Assembly: GCA_965217585.1 (NCBI GenBank)
Contig: OZ244561.1
Location: 5,152,001 to 5,216,000, forward strand
Length of the DNA: 64,000 nt
Direction of reading: 5' to 3'
Source of the DNA: Candidatus Latescibacterota bacterium
Lineage (GTDB): Bacteria; Latescibacterota; UBA2968; UBA8231
Every line of letters starts with the position of its first letter. Within the stretch, counting starts at the first letter, position 1. The position numbers and the translations under genes were made by a program. Positions 36,507 to 46,491 of this stretch are shown here, piece by piece. The notes under the pieces were generated by a model. The model searched no databases, was not told the origin of the DNA, and worked only from the letters and a program-made list of their open reading frames with translations.

Positions 36507-38197
36507 TGGACTTCTCCTGTGGGGTCGTTGTTCGGGTCTAGGGCGCGGCGCAATTGGGCAATGCCCGCGGCGATGTCCGCGCCTAGATGGATGCGGAGCA
36601 CGGTCCGTCCCTGATCGCCGAGGGCTTGGCGGTCGCCGAGGGCTTGGGCTTGGGCGAGGATGCCGAAAGTAATGCTAGAGTCCGAGGCCCCGGCGTCGTC
36701 GGGAATCGGCGCGTCCTCTGCTGAGTCGGCCGTTAGCTGAATAAAGAGTCCGTGTCCGGCGTCGCCCTTGTGCAGTTGGCCGGTCGAGTGCAGGAAACGC
36801 GGGCCAAAGCCAAGGGTCGTGGCTAGGCCGGTGTGTGTTAGTAGCTGGCGGCGCAAGTCTTGGAGGGCGGCGGTGGTCTCTGGGGTCGGCGGGAGGTGCG
36901 CTTGTAGGGCAATGTAGGCGCATCCTCGCTCGCCGCTTGCCAGAAAGTGCGCCAAGGCCTGTGGCAGGGTGGTGCCCTGCACTGGTCCGTATAGCGCGAG
37001 GCCATCGACGAGGTCGGGATCGGGGGCGGGCAACTCGCCGCGTTGCTGGTAGGCGGCCACCATCTGGCGGACCAGTACCTTGGCCGTCTCGACATCGGGC
37101 TGGTCGAAGGGATGGATGTCGAGGAAGAATCCGGCGATGGACGTGGCAATTTCCCAGTGCAGGAAGGCCGTGCCGAGATCGCCGGCGTCCGCTAGCTGGA
37201 GGCACAAGATCGGGTGCCCGGCCGCGGCAATAGCTTGGGCGCGGGCATCGGCTGTGTCGTCCAACCGCAGATAGACGAAAAGCCGATCATCCCCGTAGGT
37301 GTGGGCTGCGCATTCAGGCTCTAGATCGACCGGCAGCAGGCCCTTGCCGTCTTTGCCGGTGCTCTCGGCGATGAGTTGCTCGATCCAAGCGCCAGCCGCG
37401 CTGGCGGCTGGCGAAGCGATGAGGGTTAGCTTGTCGCGGCCGGCGAGGGCACCAGCACCGAGAAAGGCACCGAGTTGGATGCCCGGTTGCGGGTCGGCGA
37501 GGGCTTGCTCGGCCCGGTCGAGCAGACGGCCGAGATCCGCGCCAATGGCACCGGCCGCGACCAAGCCATAGTACGACAGGGCCGAGTAGCGCCCGCCGAT
37601 GTTGGGGTCGTTGCGGAAGATGTGGCGAAAGCCGAGACGTTGCGCGAGGGCTTCGAGGCCGCTGTCCGGGTCGGTGATGGCGGCGAAGTGCCGTCCGGCC
37701 TCCGCTGGCCCGAGGGCGTCCGCTGTGCGGTTGTAGAAGTACTTGAGTAAGGACAGCGTCTCTACGGTGCCGCCGGACTTGGTGGCCGGGAGAAATAGGG
37801 TGCGGGCTGGGTCGAGGGTGCGCGCCTTGGCCAAGACGGCGTCGGGCTGGGTGCTGTCGAGCACTGAGAGGTCGAGAAAGCCATCGGCCACGCCAAAGGT
37901 CGCGCGGAAGACTTCTGGCGCGAGGCTAGAGCCACCCATGCCCAACAGCAGGGCGTGGGTGTAGCCATCGGCGCGGACGGCGTCGATGAATTGGCGGATG
38001 GGATCGATCGCGTCCCGCATGACGCGCGGGCTGTCGAGCCACCCGAGTCGATTGGCAATCTCGGTTGGGTCGGGCCGCCAGACCGTGTGATCGCGCGCGA
38101 GAATCCGGTCATAGATGCGCTCGGCGGACAGGCGCTCGGCGGCTTGCTGCACCTGGGCACCGAAATCAGCCGAGGCCCGAAGGGCGGAAACCTGCAT
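36503..38197 (-). CDS. pgi: Glucose-6-phosphate isomerase (type resembling the PGI half of Tal-Pgi fusions)
   Basis: LGMGGSSL, KSGGTVET, IGGRYS, EQLIAESTGK, PFDQPDVE, HSTGQLHKG. Confidence 0.85.
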   Translation of the reverse strand: MQVSALRASADFGAQVQQAAERLSAERIYDRILARDHTVWRPDPTEIANRLGWLDSPRVMRDAIDPIRQFIDAVRADGYTHALLLGMGGSSLAPEVFRATFGVADGFLDLSVLDSTQPDAVLAKARTLDPARTLFLPATKSGGTVETLSLLKYFYNRTADALGPAEAGRHFAAITDPDSGLEALAQRLGFRHIFRNDPNIGGRYSALSYYGLVAAGAIGADLGRLLDRAEQALADPQPGIQLGAFLGAGALAGRDKLTLIASPAASAAGAWIEQLIAESTGKDGKGLLPVDLEPECAAHTYGDDRLFVYLRLDDTADARAQAIAAAGHPILCLQLADAGDLGTAFLHWEIATSIAGFFLDIHPFDQPDVETAKVLVRQMVAAYQQRGELPAPDPDLVDGLALYGPVQGTTLPQALAHFLASGERGCAYIALQAHLPPTPETTAALQDLRRQLLTHTGLATTLGFGPRFLHSTGQLHKGDAGHGLFIQLTADSAEDAPIPDDAGASDSSITFGILAQAQALGDRQALGDQGRTVLRIHLGADIAAGIAQLRRALDPNNDPTGEVQ

Positions 38198-38298
38198 TGG
38201 ATGGTCCTACGTGATTTGTCTGCTGAGTTGGGAATAGTTAAAGAAAGTACGCGGTAAGGCGGAGAAGGCAAACGACGAGATTCAGCGGAAAGGACGCT

Positions 38299-38511
38299 AT
38301 GAAAGCGACACTCTACACAGACGACGGGGCGTATTTTGTCCGCTTGGGCAATGGTGTGGTAATCAGGTGGTGCCGAGCGGAAGAGGGATGGAACAAGAGC
38401 CGGGACGAGTTGCCTAGTGGGGCCACGCAGATCGACTTCGCGGACCTGCCGGAGGTCCTGCGCGAGGAGGTGCTGGCGGTTTTGGCGCGCGCCGCGGCTG
38501 TGTCGCGCTAG
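38299..38511 (+). CDS. Small hypothetical protein (70 aa)
   Basis: AAGGA RBS, ATG, fills the gap between pgi and addA. Confidence 0.6.
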   Translation: MKATLYTDDGAYFVRLGNGVVIRWCRAEEGWNKSRDELPSGATQIDFADLPEVLREEVLAVLARAAAVSR

Positions 38512-41500
38512 ACTTTGGCCGCAATGAGCTGGGCGACGAGGGCGACGAGGCGAGTGCGGGCCGCCGCTAGATCGGCTGGTGTGAAGCGCACGAGGTGCTT
38601 CTCGTCTAAGTCGGTGAAGTACAGCGTCGCGCGGTATTCGCCTTGGCCCGGGTGGAGGGCCTGTAAGCAGAGGGCGTACATTTCCAACTGCAGTCGGTAG
38701 TGCTGTACTGCCTCTTCTGTATTATCGCGGTGGCCGGTCTTGTAATCGACTAATTCCCACAGTCCGTCGGCCCCGCGTCCCATGTAATCGACTACTCCAT
38801 GTACTAAACCGCGGTCCAGCGAGAGCGTAAAGCGTACTTCGGTGCGGGTTTCCGCATGGGCGAGCCAGCGCGCGGCTAAGGGCGATTGGCGGCAGCGGCG
38901 CAATAGGGCGGCTAACTCGCGCTCGAACGAGGCGCGATAGGATGCTATGGGCAGGGTGGCGGCTGCGACGAGGTCGGCGGCGAGGGCCACGGGGTCGGCA
39001 TCTGGGCTGTTGCTTAGGGCCTCTAGACCTGAGTGGGCGAGTTGGCCAAAGAGCATGCCACGGCGACGGGGCGCATCTACTTGGCCGAGGGGCCACGGCG
39101 GCAGGCCCAGCGCGTACTGGCGATGGTGCGCGGCCGGATCTGCGGCGAAGAGGACCAACTCGCTGGCTGCAAATTCGGGCCGGTCTTGGGGATCGTCGAG
39201 CGGCGACAGTAGATCCAGCGCCGGTGCTGCTGCTTGCTGCGCGGGTGCGGCGTCGAGGGAGCGAAAGGCCGGATCGGCACTGCGGGCGGTGGTCGCGGGG
39301 GTTGGGAACGCACTGGGGTCGGTGTAGATGGGCAAGGGGGCCGGCACGCCCGCAACCGCCTTGGTGCCTCCGGCGAGGTCGGTCTCTGTCAGGGCTAAGC
39401 TTCCACAAATCCAACCGAGACAGTCCGCCGCCGCGTCGAGGTCGGTGGCGAAGTGCTTGTCGGTCAGCGCGCCGCCGAGCAGCAGGTGATCGCGGGCGCG
39501 GGTGCAGGCCACGTACAACAGGCGCTTCTCTTCGGCGCGCTGGCGACGGCTCGCGTTGCGATTGATGAGACTGCGAATAAAGGAGGAGGCCCTTTTATAA
39601 TCCTGCTCGGGATCGAGCGTGCGCAAGCCGATGCCCTTTTCTGCATCGATGAGCGCGGGGGTGCTGTTTTGAAAATTAAATCGCGCGGCCAAGTCGGGCA
39701 CGACGACGATGGGAAACTCCAAGCCCTTGGCCGCATGTACGGTCAGGATGTGCAAGGCGTCCGCTTCGAGAAGCGCTTCGCCTTCTTGTTCTTCTTCAGT
39801 AGTCAACAAGTCGAGGCGAACCACAAAATCGGCGAGGGGGCCGCGGAATTCGCGGGCGCGGTCGAGGAGCTTGCGCACGTTGGCCACAGCCTGCTCTCCG
39901 CGCTCGCCATAGCAGAGAAAGCCCCAGGCCCCAGTGTCTTCGAGGATGGTGTGCAGCAGCTCGACAAGGGGCACGCGGTCGCACAGCCCTTCCCAGTGCT
40001 GGAGCCGGGCGACGGCGTCTGCGGCGGCTTCTTGGTCCACAGGGGCGAGTTGCTGACGCCAACTGGCGTCCGCGAGGTGTTCCGCGAGCCGCCCGCCGTG
40101 GGGCGCGGTCAGCGCGTACAGGGCGTTGTCCGAGAGGCCGCAGTACGGCGAGCGCAATGCGCCCATCAGGGCGATGCCGTCGCCGGGGTTGCACAGGACG
40201 CGAAGGATATTGGCGAGGTCGTAGATTTCTTGGCGCTGGTAAAACCCCCGGCCGCCGGCCACTTGGAAGGGAATGCCGCAGGCCCGCAGCGCGTCTTCGT
40301 ACGCGAAGAGATTGCGGCGACGGCGCAGGAGCAAGGCGATGTCTCCGGGAACGGGCGGGCGCAAGCCCTCTTGGTCGGCGACCTGCAAGTCGTTGCCCGT
40401 TAGCAGGTGGCTCAGGCGGCGGGCCACCAACTCGGCTTCGCGTAGCGCGGCCTCCGTCGAGTCGCGGCTATCGTCGGGCGGCAAGAGCAAAAGCTCGACC
40501 GAACCCACGCCCGCGCTGGTGGGACGGCACCCGACGAGGGGGTCGTAGCCTACTTGAAAAGGCTCGTCTGGGACCGCCTGCATAAACTTGGGAAAGAGCG
40601 CGTTGACAAAGGCAATGGGCTGGGCGAGGGTGCGGAAGTTTTCGCCCATGACGAGGGTGCCGAGCCGCTGGGTGGGAGAGGCGTCTAGGACCTCGCCGTC
40701 GTCGCAAAAGGGCCGGGACTCGCGTTCGTGCGCGGCATTGGCCTCCGCAATGGCGTCGCGAACGCGGGCGAAGACGGTGACGTCGGCTGCGCGGAACGAG
40801 TAAATCGACTGCTTGGGGTCGCCGACGATGAAGAGCTTATCGCCGGACATTTGCCCGTCCGGTGACGCCAGCGAGCGGATGATTTCCCACTGCAAGGGAT
40901 CGGTGTCTTGGAATTCGTCGATCAGCGCGAAGCGATAGTGTTGGGCCAAGCGGTAGCGGATGTCCGCGTCGGCGGCGATGAGCTGGTGGCTTTTCTCTAG
41001 GAGATCGTCCATGTCCAGCATACTGCCGTTGCCTTTGCTGCTTTCGCAGCGCGCATCGGCGCGGAGGAAGACGCGCGACAGGGCGGGCAGCACTGCGGCG
41101 GCGCGCTCGTCGGCCGCACTAAGTTCGAGGCCGAGGAGATCGGCGTGCGGGACTAGGCAGCGCCCCAAGGCGGGCACGAGTTCGCGGACGCGGGCGAGCG
41201 CGGCTTCCTCCCAATTGGATTTCTTGCCCAGCCGGCTGCCACTTAGAGGTCTGCCGTTGGTCAAAAGCCCCTCGGCTAGGCGTGGGAGGATTTCTAGAGC
41301 CTCGTCGAGCGGGGGCGTTTGGCTCAGCCGGCGCATGGCGTCGCGGAGCGGGTTTAGTCGCCCGACGGCCGAGTCACTCGCGTCGGTCAAGGGTGCGAGC
41401 GCGGCAAGTTCCGCGAGCATCCCGGTGAAGTGGGTTTCTGCGAGTAGGGCGCGGCACGCGGGAGCGCAGGCCGTTTGCTGCATCCTGCGCCAGTCGCTGA

Positions 41501-42113
41501 GGATTTGGTCGGGCGACTGCTCGGCGTAGCGGCGGCACCACGAGCGGGCGAGATGCTTTTTTTCGAGCAGGTATTCCAATATCTGTTCGAGATAGCGGCG
41601 CGGCCATTCGGCCAAGGTGCGCCGCAGGGCTTCTTGGTCCGGGTTGGAGTCGCCCGCTCGGGCTAGGGACTCTAGGGTTTGGCGCACGGCTTGGTGGCGG
41701 AGTTGCGCGGCATCTACTCCCTCCAAGACCGCGAAGGCCGGGTCCACATCCGCTTCAATGGGATACTCGCGCAGCAGGGCCGCGCAGAAGGCGTGGATGG
41801 TGGAAATGCGCGCCGCGGGCAGGTCTGCGTGGATTTGCCGCAGACGCTGCCGCTCTGGCTCGGGTAGCTCTTGGTCGAGGGCGTCGGACAGCCGCCGGTC
41901 TATGCGCTCGCGCATTTCCGCCGCGGCCTTTTGGGTAAACGTGATGGCCAGCACTTGGCGCACGCCGATCTCGGGATGCAGGCGCAACAACTCGATGTAG
42001 CGCTCGACTAGCGTTGCGGTCTTGCCGGCACCGGCGCTGGCGGTGACCGCGATATTGCGCTGGCTGTCGAGGGCCATGCGCTGGACGGGAGTCAGGGGGA
42101 CGGCGCGCTTCAC
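38508..42113 (-). CDS. addA: AddA-like UvrD helicase-nuclease
   Basis: ASAGAGKT, IDEFQD, VGDPKQSIY, TVHAAKGLEF, YVACTRARD, C-terminal VDYKTG. Confidence 0.9.
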   Translation of the reverse strand: MKRAVPLTPVQRMALDSQRNIAVTASAGAGKTATLVERYIELLRLHPEIGVRQVLAITFTQKAAAEMRERIDRRLSDALDQELPEPERQRLRQIHADLPAARISTIHAFCAALLREYPIEADVDPAFAVLEGVDAAQLRHQAVRQTLESLARAGDSNPDQEALRRTLAEWPRRYLEQILEYLLEKKHLARSWCRRYAEQSPDQILSDWRRMQQTACAPACRALLAETHFTGMLAELAALAPLTDASDSAVGRLNPLRDAMRRLSQTPPLDEALEILPRLAEGLLTNGRPLSGSRLGKKSNWEEAALARVRELVPALGRCLVPHADLLGLELSAADERAAAVLPALSRVFLRADARCESSKGNGSMLDMDDLLEKSHQLIAADADIRYRLAQHYRFALIDEFQDTDPLQWEIIRSLASPDGQMSGDKLFIVGDPKQSIYSFRAADVTVFARVRDAIAEANAAHERESRPFCDDGEVLDASPTQRLGTLVMGENFRTLAQPIAFVNALFPKFMQAVPDEPFQVGYDPLVGCRPTSAGVGSVELLLLPPDDSRDSTEAALREAELVARRLSHLLTGNDLQVADQEGLRPPVPGDIALLLRRRRNLFAYEDALRACGIPFQVAGGRGFYQRQEIYDLANILRVLCNPGDGIALMGALRSPYCGLSDNALYALTAPHGGRLAEHLADASWRQQLAPVDQEAAADAVARLQHWEGLCDRVPLVELLHTILEDTGAWGFLCYGERGEQAVANVRKLLDRAREFRGPLADFVVRLDLLTTEEEQEGEALLEADALHILTVHAAKGLEFPIVVVPDLAARFNFQNSTPALIDAEKGIGLRTLDPEQDYKRASSFIRSLINRNASRRQRAEEKRLLYVACTRARDHLLLGGALTDKHFATDLDAAADCLGWICGSLALTETDLAGGTKAVAGVPAPLPIYTDPSAFPTPATTARSADPAFRSLDAAPAQQAAAPALDLLSPLDDPQDRPEFAASELVLFAADPAAHHRQYALGLPPWPLGQVDAPRRRGMLFGQLAHSGLEALSNSPDADPVALAADLVAAATLPIASYRASFERELAALLRRCRQSPLAARWLAHAETRTEVRFTLSLDRGLVHGVVDYMGRGADGLWELVDYKTGHRDNTEEAVQHYRLQLEMYALCLQALHPGQGEYRATLYFTDLDEKHLVRFTPADLAAARTRLVALVAQLIAAKV

Positions 42114-45100
42114 GGCAGCAAGTCCCGCATGCGCTGGGGATCGAGGCGGCAGCTTTGTTGATACGGGCAGTGCGGGCAGATTTTGGCTGGGTCGTGGGTG
42201 GTGACGCGAAATACTCCGCGGCGCATGGCTCGCGCATAAGAGAGGACGAAGCCGCGCACGGCGTCGAGGCGCTGGCGGTACGCCTCGGGGTCGTAGATGC
42301 CGTGGCGGCCACTGGCGACATAGGCCGTATTGCGATGCGCGGCGTTAGCGAACAGCCCGCCGCGGCCACAGTCTTCTAAGTCGCGAAGCATCAGGTACGC
42401 CGCCCCGGCACCTTCGCGCAGCCCGATCTCCCCGAACAGGGATTCAGCCGCTAGCAAATAGAGCGGAAGCTGGAGGTTGAGGCCGGTGTCAATATCGGCT
42501 ACGGAGGGCATGCGGCCGGTCTTGTAGTCGAAGACGACGAAGCGGCCGTCGGCCGTGCGGTCGATGCGGTCGATCTTGCCGGAGAGCCGCACCTCGTCCC
42601 CGGTCTCTGGGTCGCCGATGGCGTAGGGAGTGGTGGTCCATTGACGGTCGCGCTCCCCCATGCCGGGGTAGCTGCCAAAGCTCAGCTCGAAATGGGTCGG
42701 CACAGCCGGGTCGGTCGCGGCCGCTTGCAGGCGGAGGAAGCGAGGCAAAACGCCCTCGCGTTCCCCGTCGTCCGATCCAAGCAGGCGCTCTAATTCCCGC
42801 TCCCAGAAAAAGCCCGTAAGCCTCATTTCCGCGGCGATTTTGCGGCCGAGGTTCCGCAGTTCCGCGATGTTTGTAGCCAAGTTTTCCGCGCGTTCGGCCG
42901 CTTCGCCGTGGGCCGCATAGAAGTGGTAGAGGATGCGGTGGACGAGGTTGCCGCGCTCGAGCGCCGAGTCGTCGGCTTCCGGGTCGCGGAGGGGCTGGAG
43001 GTTGAGTAGTTGCTCACCAAAAAACCGGAAGGGACAGCGGCCGTAAAGCTCCAATTGGGTCGCGGAGAAAGAATGGCTAGGGCCGAGACGGGTGCGCAGT
43101 GCGGCGAGCAGCGGTGCCTCGTCGAGTACGCCTTCATAGTTGCCGAAACCCTCGGGACTCGCGCGCCGTGTGGTGAGGTGCAAGCCGCGCACGAGGTGGC
43201 GCAGCACGGTGGCGTGGTCGTCGAGCCGTGTGGCCCGGCTGTAGAGTGCGAGGGCGTCGCGCGCTAAATCGGAGTCGCGCGCCTCGCACAGGCCATGGCC
43301 CAATGCGAGGTGCAACTCGGCAAGGGTGCCCGGCGTGGCATTGACCTCGCACGGAGAAGGCTGCGGAGCGAGCAAGCCGTCTAGCTCGGCGACAAAGGGC
43401 GAGGGGGCGAGCATTTCGCTGCCCGACTGTTGGGGGTAGAAAACGCCGAGACCGCGACGCGGCGCGCACACGGCGCGGTAGAACAGCAAGCGCTCGGCCG
43501 CGGTGGTGGCGTCCTCGTCCAAGTTCAGAGCGCGGCGCTGGGTTTCTTCGAGGAAGATATCGGGCGGCGGCAAGCGGGGAAATTCGCCTTGCACCAGCCC
43601 GCCGAGCAAGAGGTAATCGCAGGGTGCGCTGCCCGCGGCGGCGAGGTCGGTCACTTGAATACCAGCGCGCGTTGCAGAGGGGACATGCGCTTGGGAGATG
43701 GCGTCGCGCAATAGGTCGGCGAACTGGCTCAAGGTGCGAGGCTGTAGGGCTACGGCGGGCGCGCACAGTTCGTCGAGCAACTCCAAAAAGCGCGCCAGTG
43801 CTTGGCCGTCTTCTGCGCCCCCATCCGCGAGAGCGTCTTCTACGCCTAACGCGCCGAGGGCGTGGAGCAGATGGTGGCGGAAGGAGGGTAGGTCCTGTCG
43901 GCTCTCCAGGGGCTGGAGCAGGTCAAAGAGCGCGGTTAGGCTGGATCGCAGGGGCTGGAGGGCCTCCAATTCGTCGCGCAAGGACTCGCGCCAAGTGGGG
44001 GGATCGTCGATTTCTTCGGAGACCGGCTCGCCTTCTATGCCTAGCTCGCGCTCTAAATAGGCGAAATTGTCGTCGATGGCTGCGAGCCATGCGGCACGCC
44101 CGGTTGACGGCGGAACGTTGCAGGTCCACGCAGCGAAGTCCGCAGCGGAAAGCGCGTTGGTCTGGCCTTCGAATGGGTAGCGTAGCCGCACCAAGGGCAA
44201 GCTGAGCAGGCGGAAGAGCGCAGCGCGGCTGTAGCGTTCTAGCACCGCGTCTAGGAGCGCGAAGACGGTGCTCATTGCGGGTGCAGTGGCAAGGGGCCGC
44301 CCGCGCGCGAGGTAAAAAGGCAGGCCGTGGCGCGGCAGCACTTCTGCCACGAGTGCGGCATAGGTGTCGAGGTTGCGGAAGCTAATGCGGATCTGTGCTA
44401 GAGCTACCCCTTGCTCTTGGTGTAACTGGCGGATGCGACGGGCCATCGCCGCGACTTCGCCGACCCGGTCCGGGCAGGGGACCCGCTCTACGGGCGCGTC
44501 GAGACTATCGCGACCGTGGGTGAAGAGGCGGCCGGCAAACGGGGCGGCTGGGTGTTGCTCGGCGGCGCTGTATTCGACGCGGACGGCGCGGGTGTGGAGG
44601 AATTCGTACAGGGGGCGCGTGCGGGCAAAAAAACCGGGACCCTCTGGGTCGTAATCGAGCAGCGCGATGGATTCTGGAACGAGGGCTAGCAGCTTCTCTA
44701 GCACGGGCAGAAAAGGTGCGGGCGCGTCCACAAAGCCACAAAACACGAGCAAGCCGAGGCCGGGGAAGCGCTGTGCTAGAACCGAGTGGTCGAGATGGGT
44801 ATCCACGGCGGCAAAGCGTTCGCGGCTCCCGCTCCAGCCGGCCGCGAGGCGCTCCAGATAGGCCGCATAAAGGGCCTGCAATTCCGCGCTGCGCTGAGTT
44901 GTTCCCCCTAGGTCGCTCGGCTGGGTACCCGTTTCCTCCAGCCGGCGGAACAACTGAGTCAGCCCCCGGACCAGCCGCTCGGGTCGGCGACTGTAATAGG
45001 GCGCGCTGTTCGCGCTGGCGGCGAGGGCGTCTTCGACTAAGAGCCGATGCGCACTAAGGGGCAGGGCCGGTCGCTGGCCGGGACAGAGGCTGTAGAGGAT

Positions 45101-45322
45101 GTCGATGAAACTGTTTAGATCGAGGGCCAAGTGCCCGGTGAGTAGGCGGGTGCGACTGGCGCGGGTGAGCTGCCGCCGCATGAGCTGGGCTTGGAAGTGC
45201 GATGGCAAGAGCCAGAGCAAGGACTCGCCGTCGCCCGCGTTGAGGTGTGCCAAGCAGCGCTCGTACGCGGGCGATGCCTTGTCGGGATGAGCTGGGCCGT
45301 AGATGAGGGTCAGTTCGCCCAT
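42110..45322 (-). CDS. addB: AddB-like nuclease subunit with Fe-S cysteines
   Basis: RCPF, GKIDRID, DYKTG, CPHCPYQQSC; 4-bp overlap with addA. Confidence 0.88.
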   Translation of the reverse strand: MGELTLIYGPAHPDKASPAYERCLAHLNAGDGESLLWLLPSHFQAQLMRRQLTRASRTRLLTGHLALDLNSFIDILYSLCPGQRPALPLSAHRLLVEDALAASANSAPYYSRRPERLVRGLTQLFRRLEETGTQPSDLGGTTQRSAELQALYAAYLERLAAGWSGSRERFAAVDTHLDHSVLAQRFPGLGLLVFCGFVDAPAPFLPVLEKLLALVPESIALLDYDPEGPGFFARTRPLYEFLHTRAVRVEYSAAEQHPAAPFAGRLFTHGRDSLDAPVERVPCPDRVGEVAAMARRIRQLHQEQGVALAQIRISFRNLDTYAALVAEVLPRHGLPFYLARGRPLATAPAMSTVFALLDAVLERYSRAALFRLLSLPLVRLRYPFEGQTNALSAADFAAWTCNVPPSTGRAAWLAAIDDNFAYLERELGIEGEPVSEEIDDPPTWRESLRDELEALQPLRSSLTALFDLLQPLESRQDLPSFRHHLLHALGALGVEDALADGGAEDGQALARFLELLDELCAPAVALQPRTLSQFADLLRDAISQAHVPSATRAGIQVTDLAAAGSAPCDYLLLGGLVQGEFPRLPPPDIFLEETQRRALNLDEDATTAAERLLFYRAVCAPRRGLGVFYPQQSGSEMLAPSPFVAELDGLLAPQPSPCEVNATPGTLAELHLALGHGLCEARDSDLARDALALYSRATRLDDHATVLRHLVRGLHLTTRRASPEGFGNYEGVLDEAPLLAALRTRLGPSHSFSATQLELYGRCPFRFFGEQLLNLQPLRDPEADDSALERGNLVHRILYHFYAAHGEAAERAENLATNIAELRNLGRKIAAEMRLTGFFWERELERLLGSDDGEREGVLPRFLRLQAAATDPAVPTHFELSFGSYPGMGERDRQWTTTPYAIGDPETGDEVRLSGKIDRIDRTADGRFVVFDYKTGRMPSVADIDTGLNLQLPLYLLAAESLFGEIGLREGAGAAYLMLRDLEDCGRGGLFANAAHRNTAYVASGRHGIYDPEAYRQRLDAVRGFVLSYARAMRRGVFRVTTHDPAKICPHCPYQQSCRLDPQRMRDLLP

Positions 45323-45361
45323 TAGTAGCAGGTTGGGAGTGGTGTGGAAGGGTGCGCTGCC

Positions 45362-45390
45362 AACGTATCGCCGGGGAAAAACACTGTCAA
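45362..45390 (-). promoter_or_regulatory. Predicted sigma70 promoter for addB-addA (TTGACA-17-TACGTT)
   Basis: Consensus -35 with 17-bp spacer; a second TTGACA on + strand at 45411 faces the divergent gene. Confidence 0.6.
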
Positions 45391-45481
45391 GACGCTCGCG
45401 CTGCCGCGCGTTGACATAGAACCGGGCAGGTCGCTTTTTATGCCACCCAGCATTTCCACGCCTTTCTCTTTGGAACTCGCG

Positions 45482-46489
45482 ATGAAAAAATGGACTGTTG
45501 CATTCCTTTTGTGGTGTAGTTGTGCCCCCCTGACCTCTCCTGCGGGAAGCCCGGAGGAATGGCAGGCGACCGAGCCACCTGCCGAGCCGCCGAGCGCGCT
45601 AGCGCAGTACTTAGAGGTGCGCCAGCACTATGGCTCCGGCCCCCGGCCCGACTTCGTGGCGGTGGTGCCGTTTGTCGATGAATCGGGGTTTCGCGAGGGC
45701 GTGTGGAACGTCGAATACGAGTTGGCCAACATGGTCAGCGCGGAGTTGGTGGCCCTTCGCAACTGGAAGGTTGTCCCTTTTGACGCCGTTGCCGAGTTGG
45801 CTCTGGAGTGGGGGTTTGCCGACCACGAGAAGGCCCTCGCGATCGGCCGCAAGCTGGAGGCTGATTTCGTAATCGTGGGCCTTTTACAGGACTACGACAT
45901 GCGCCGCCTGTCGGTGGGGGATCCCTTGTTGGGCGGCTACAAATCCTATTCGGCCGTGGCGCAGATGCGGGTCGAGATCGCGCGGGTTGACGGCGGCACA
46001 ATCGGTCATGCAGAGACGCTCCGCGAGCTCAACGACCGCGACGTAGGGCTTGACCTGTTGGGCAAGCCGCGCGAGCAGGACTTGCAATTTGCCGGATTGA
46101 AGGAGCTAGAGTTTGGCTCGGAGGCGTTCAGCCAGACCCTGTTGGGCCAAGCGACGGTAGAGGCCGTAGGCGAGTTGGTGCACAAGGCGGCGGCTCTTTT
46201 CGAGCCGGAGGGCTTGGTGTTTGAGGGCGATGCGCCCGAGGTGATCGCCGTGTACAGCGAGGACATTTATGCCAATATCGGCAGTGCGCACGGCGTGCGC
46301 CCGCGGTTGCGCTTTTTCGTCTATCCTAGCAACGAGCGGATAGAGGCCGAGGGGCTGGCACCCGAAGAGTCGGTTGCCCTCGTCGAAGTCATCGAAATCA
46401 TCAGCACCCGGCTCGCCAGCTTGCGGATACTCCGCGCAACCGGGGAGATCAAGGCGGGCGACCGGCTCGAGTTAGCAGAAGGAGAATAG
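45482..46489 (+). CDS. Exported protein, CsgG/FlgT-like
   Basis: Signal peptide; VAVVPFVD...IGRKLEADFVIVG; C-terminal IYANIGSAHGV beta domain. Confidence 0.5.
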   Translation: MKKWTVAFLLWCSCAPLTSPAGSPEEWQATEPPAEPPSALAQYLEVRQHYGSGPRPDFVAVVPFVDESGFREGVWNVEYELANMVSAELVALRNWKVVPFDAVAELALEWGFADHEKALAIGRKLEADFVIVGLLQDYDMRRLSVGDPLLGGYKSYSAVAQMRVEIARVDGGTIGHAETLRELNDRDVGLDLLGKPREQDLQFAGLKELEFGSEAFSQTLLGQATVEAVGELVHKAAALFEPEGLVFEGDAPEVIAVYSEDIYANIGSAHGVRPRLRFFVYPSNERIEAEGLAPEESVALVEVIEIISTRLASLRILRATGEIKAGDRLELAEGE

Positions 46490-46491
46490 CG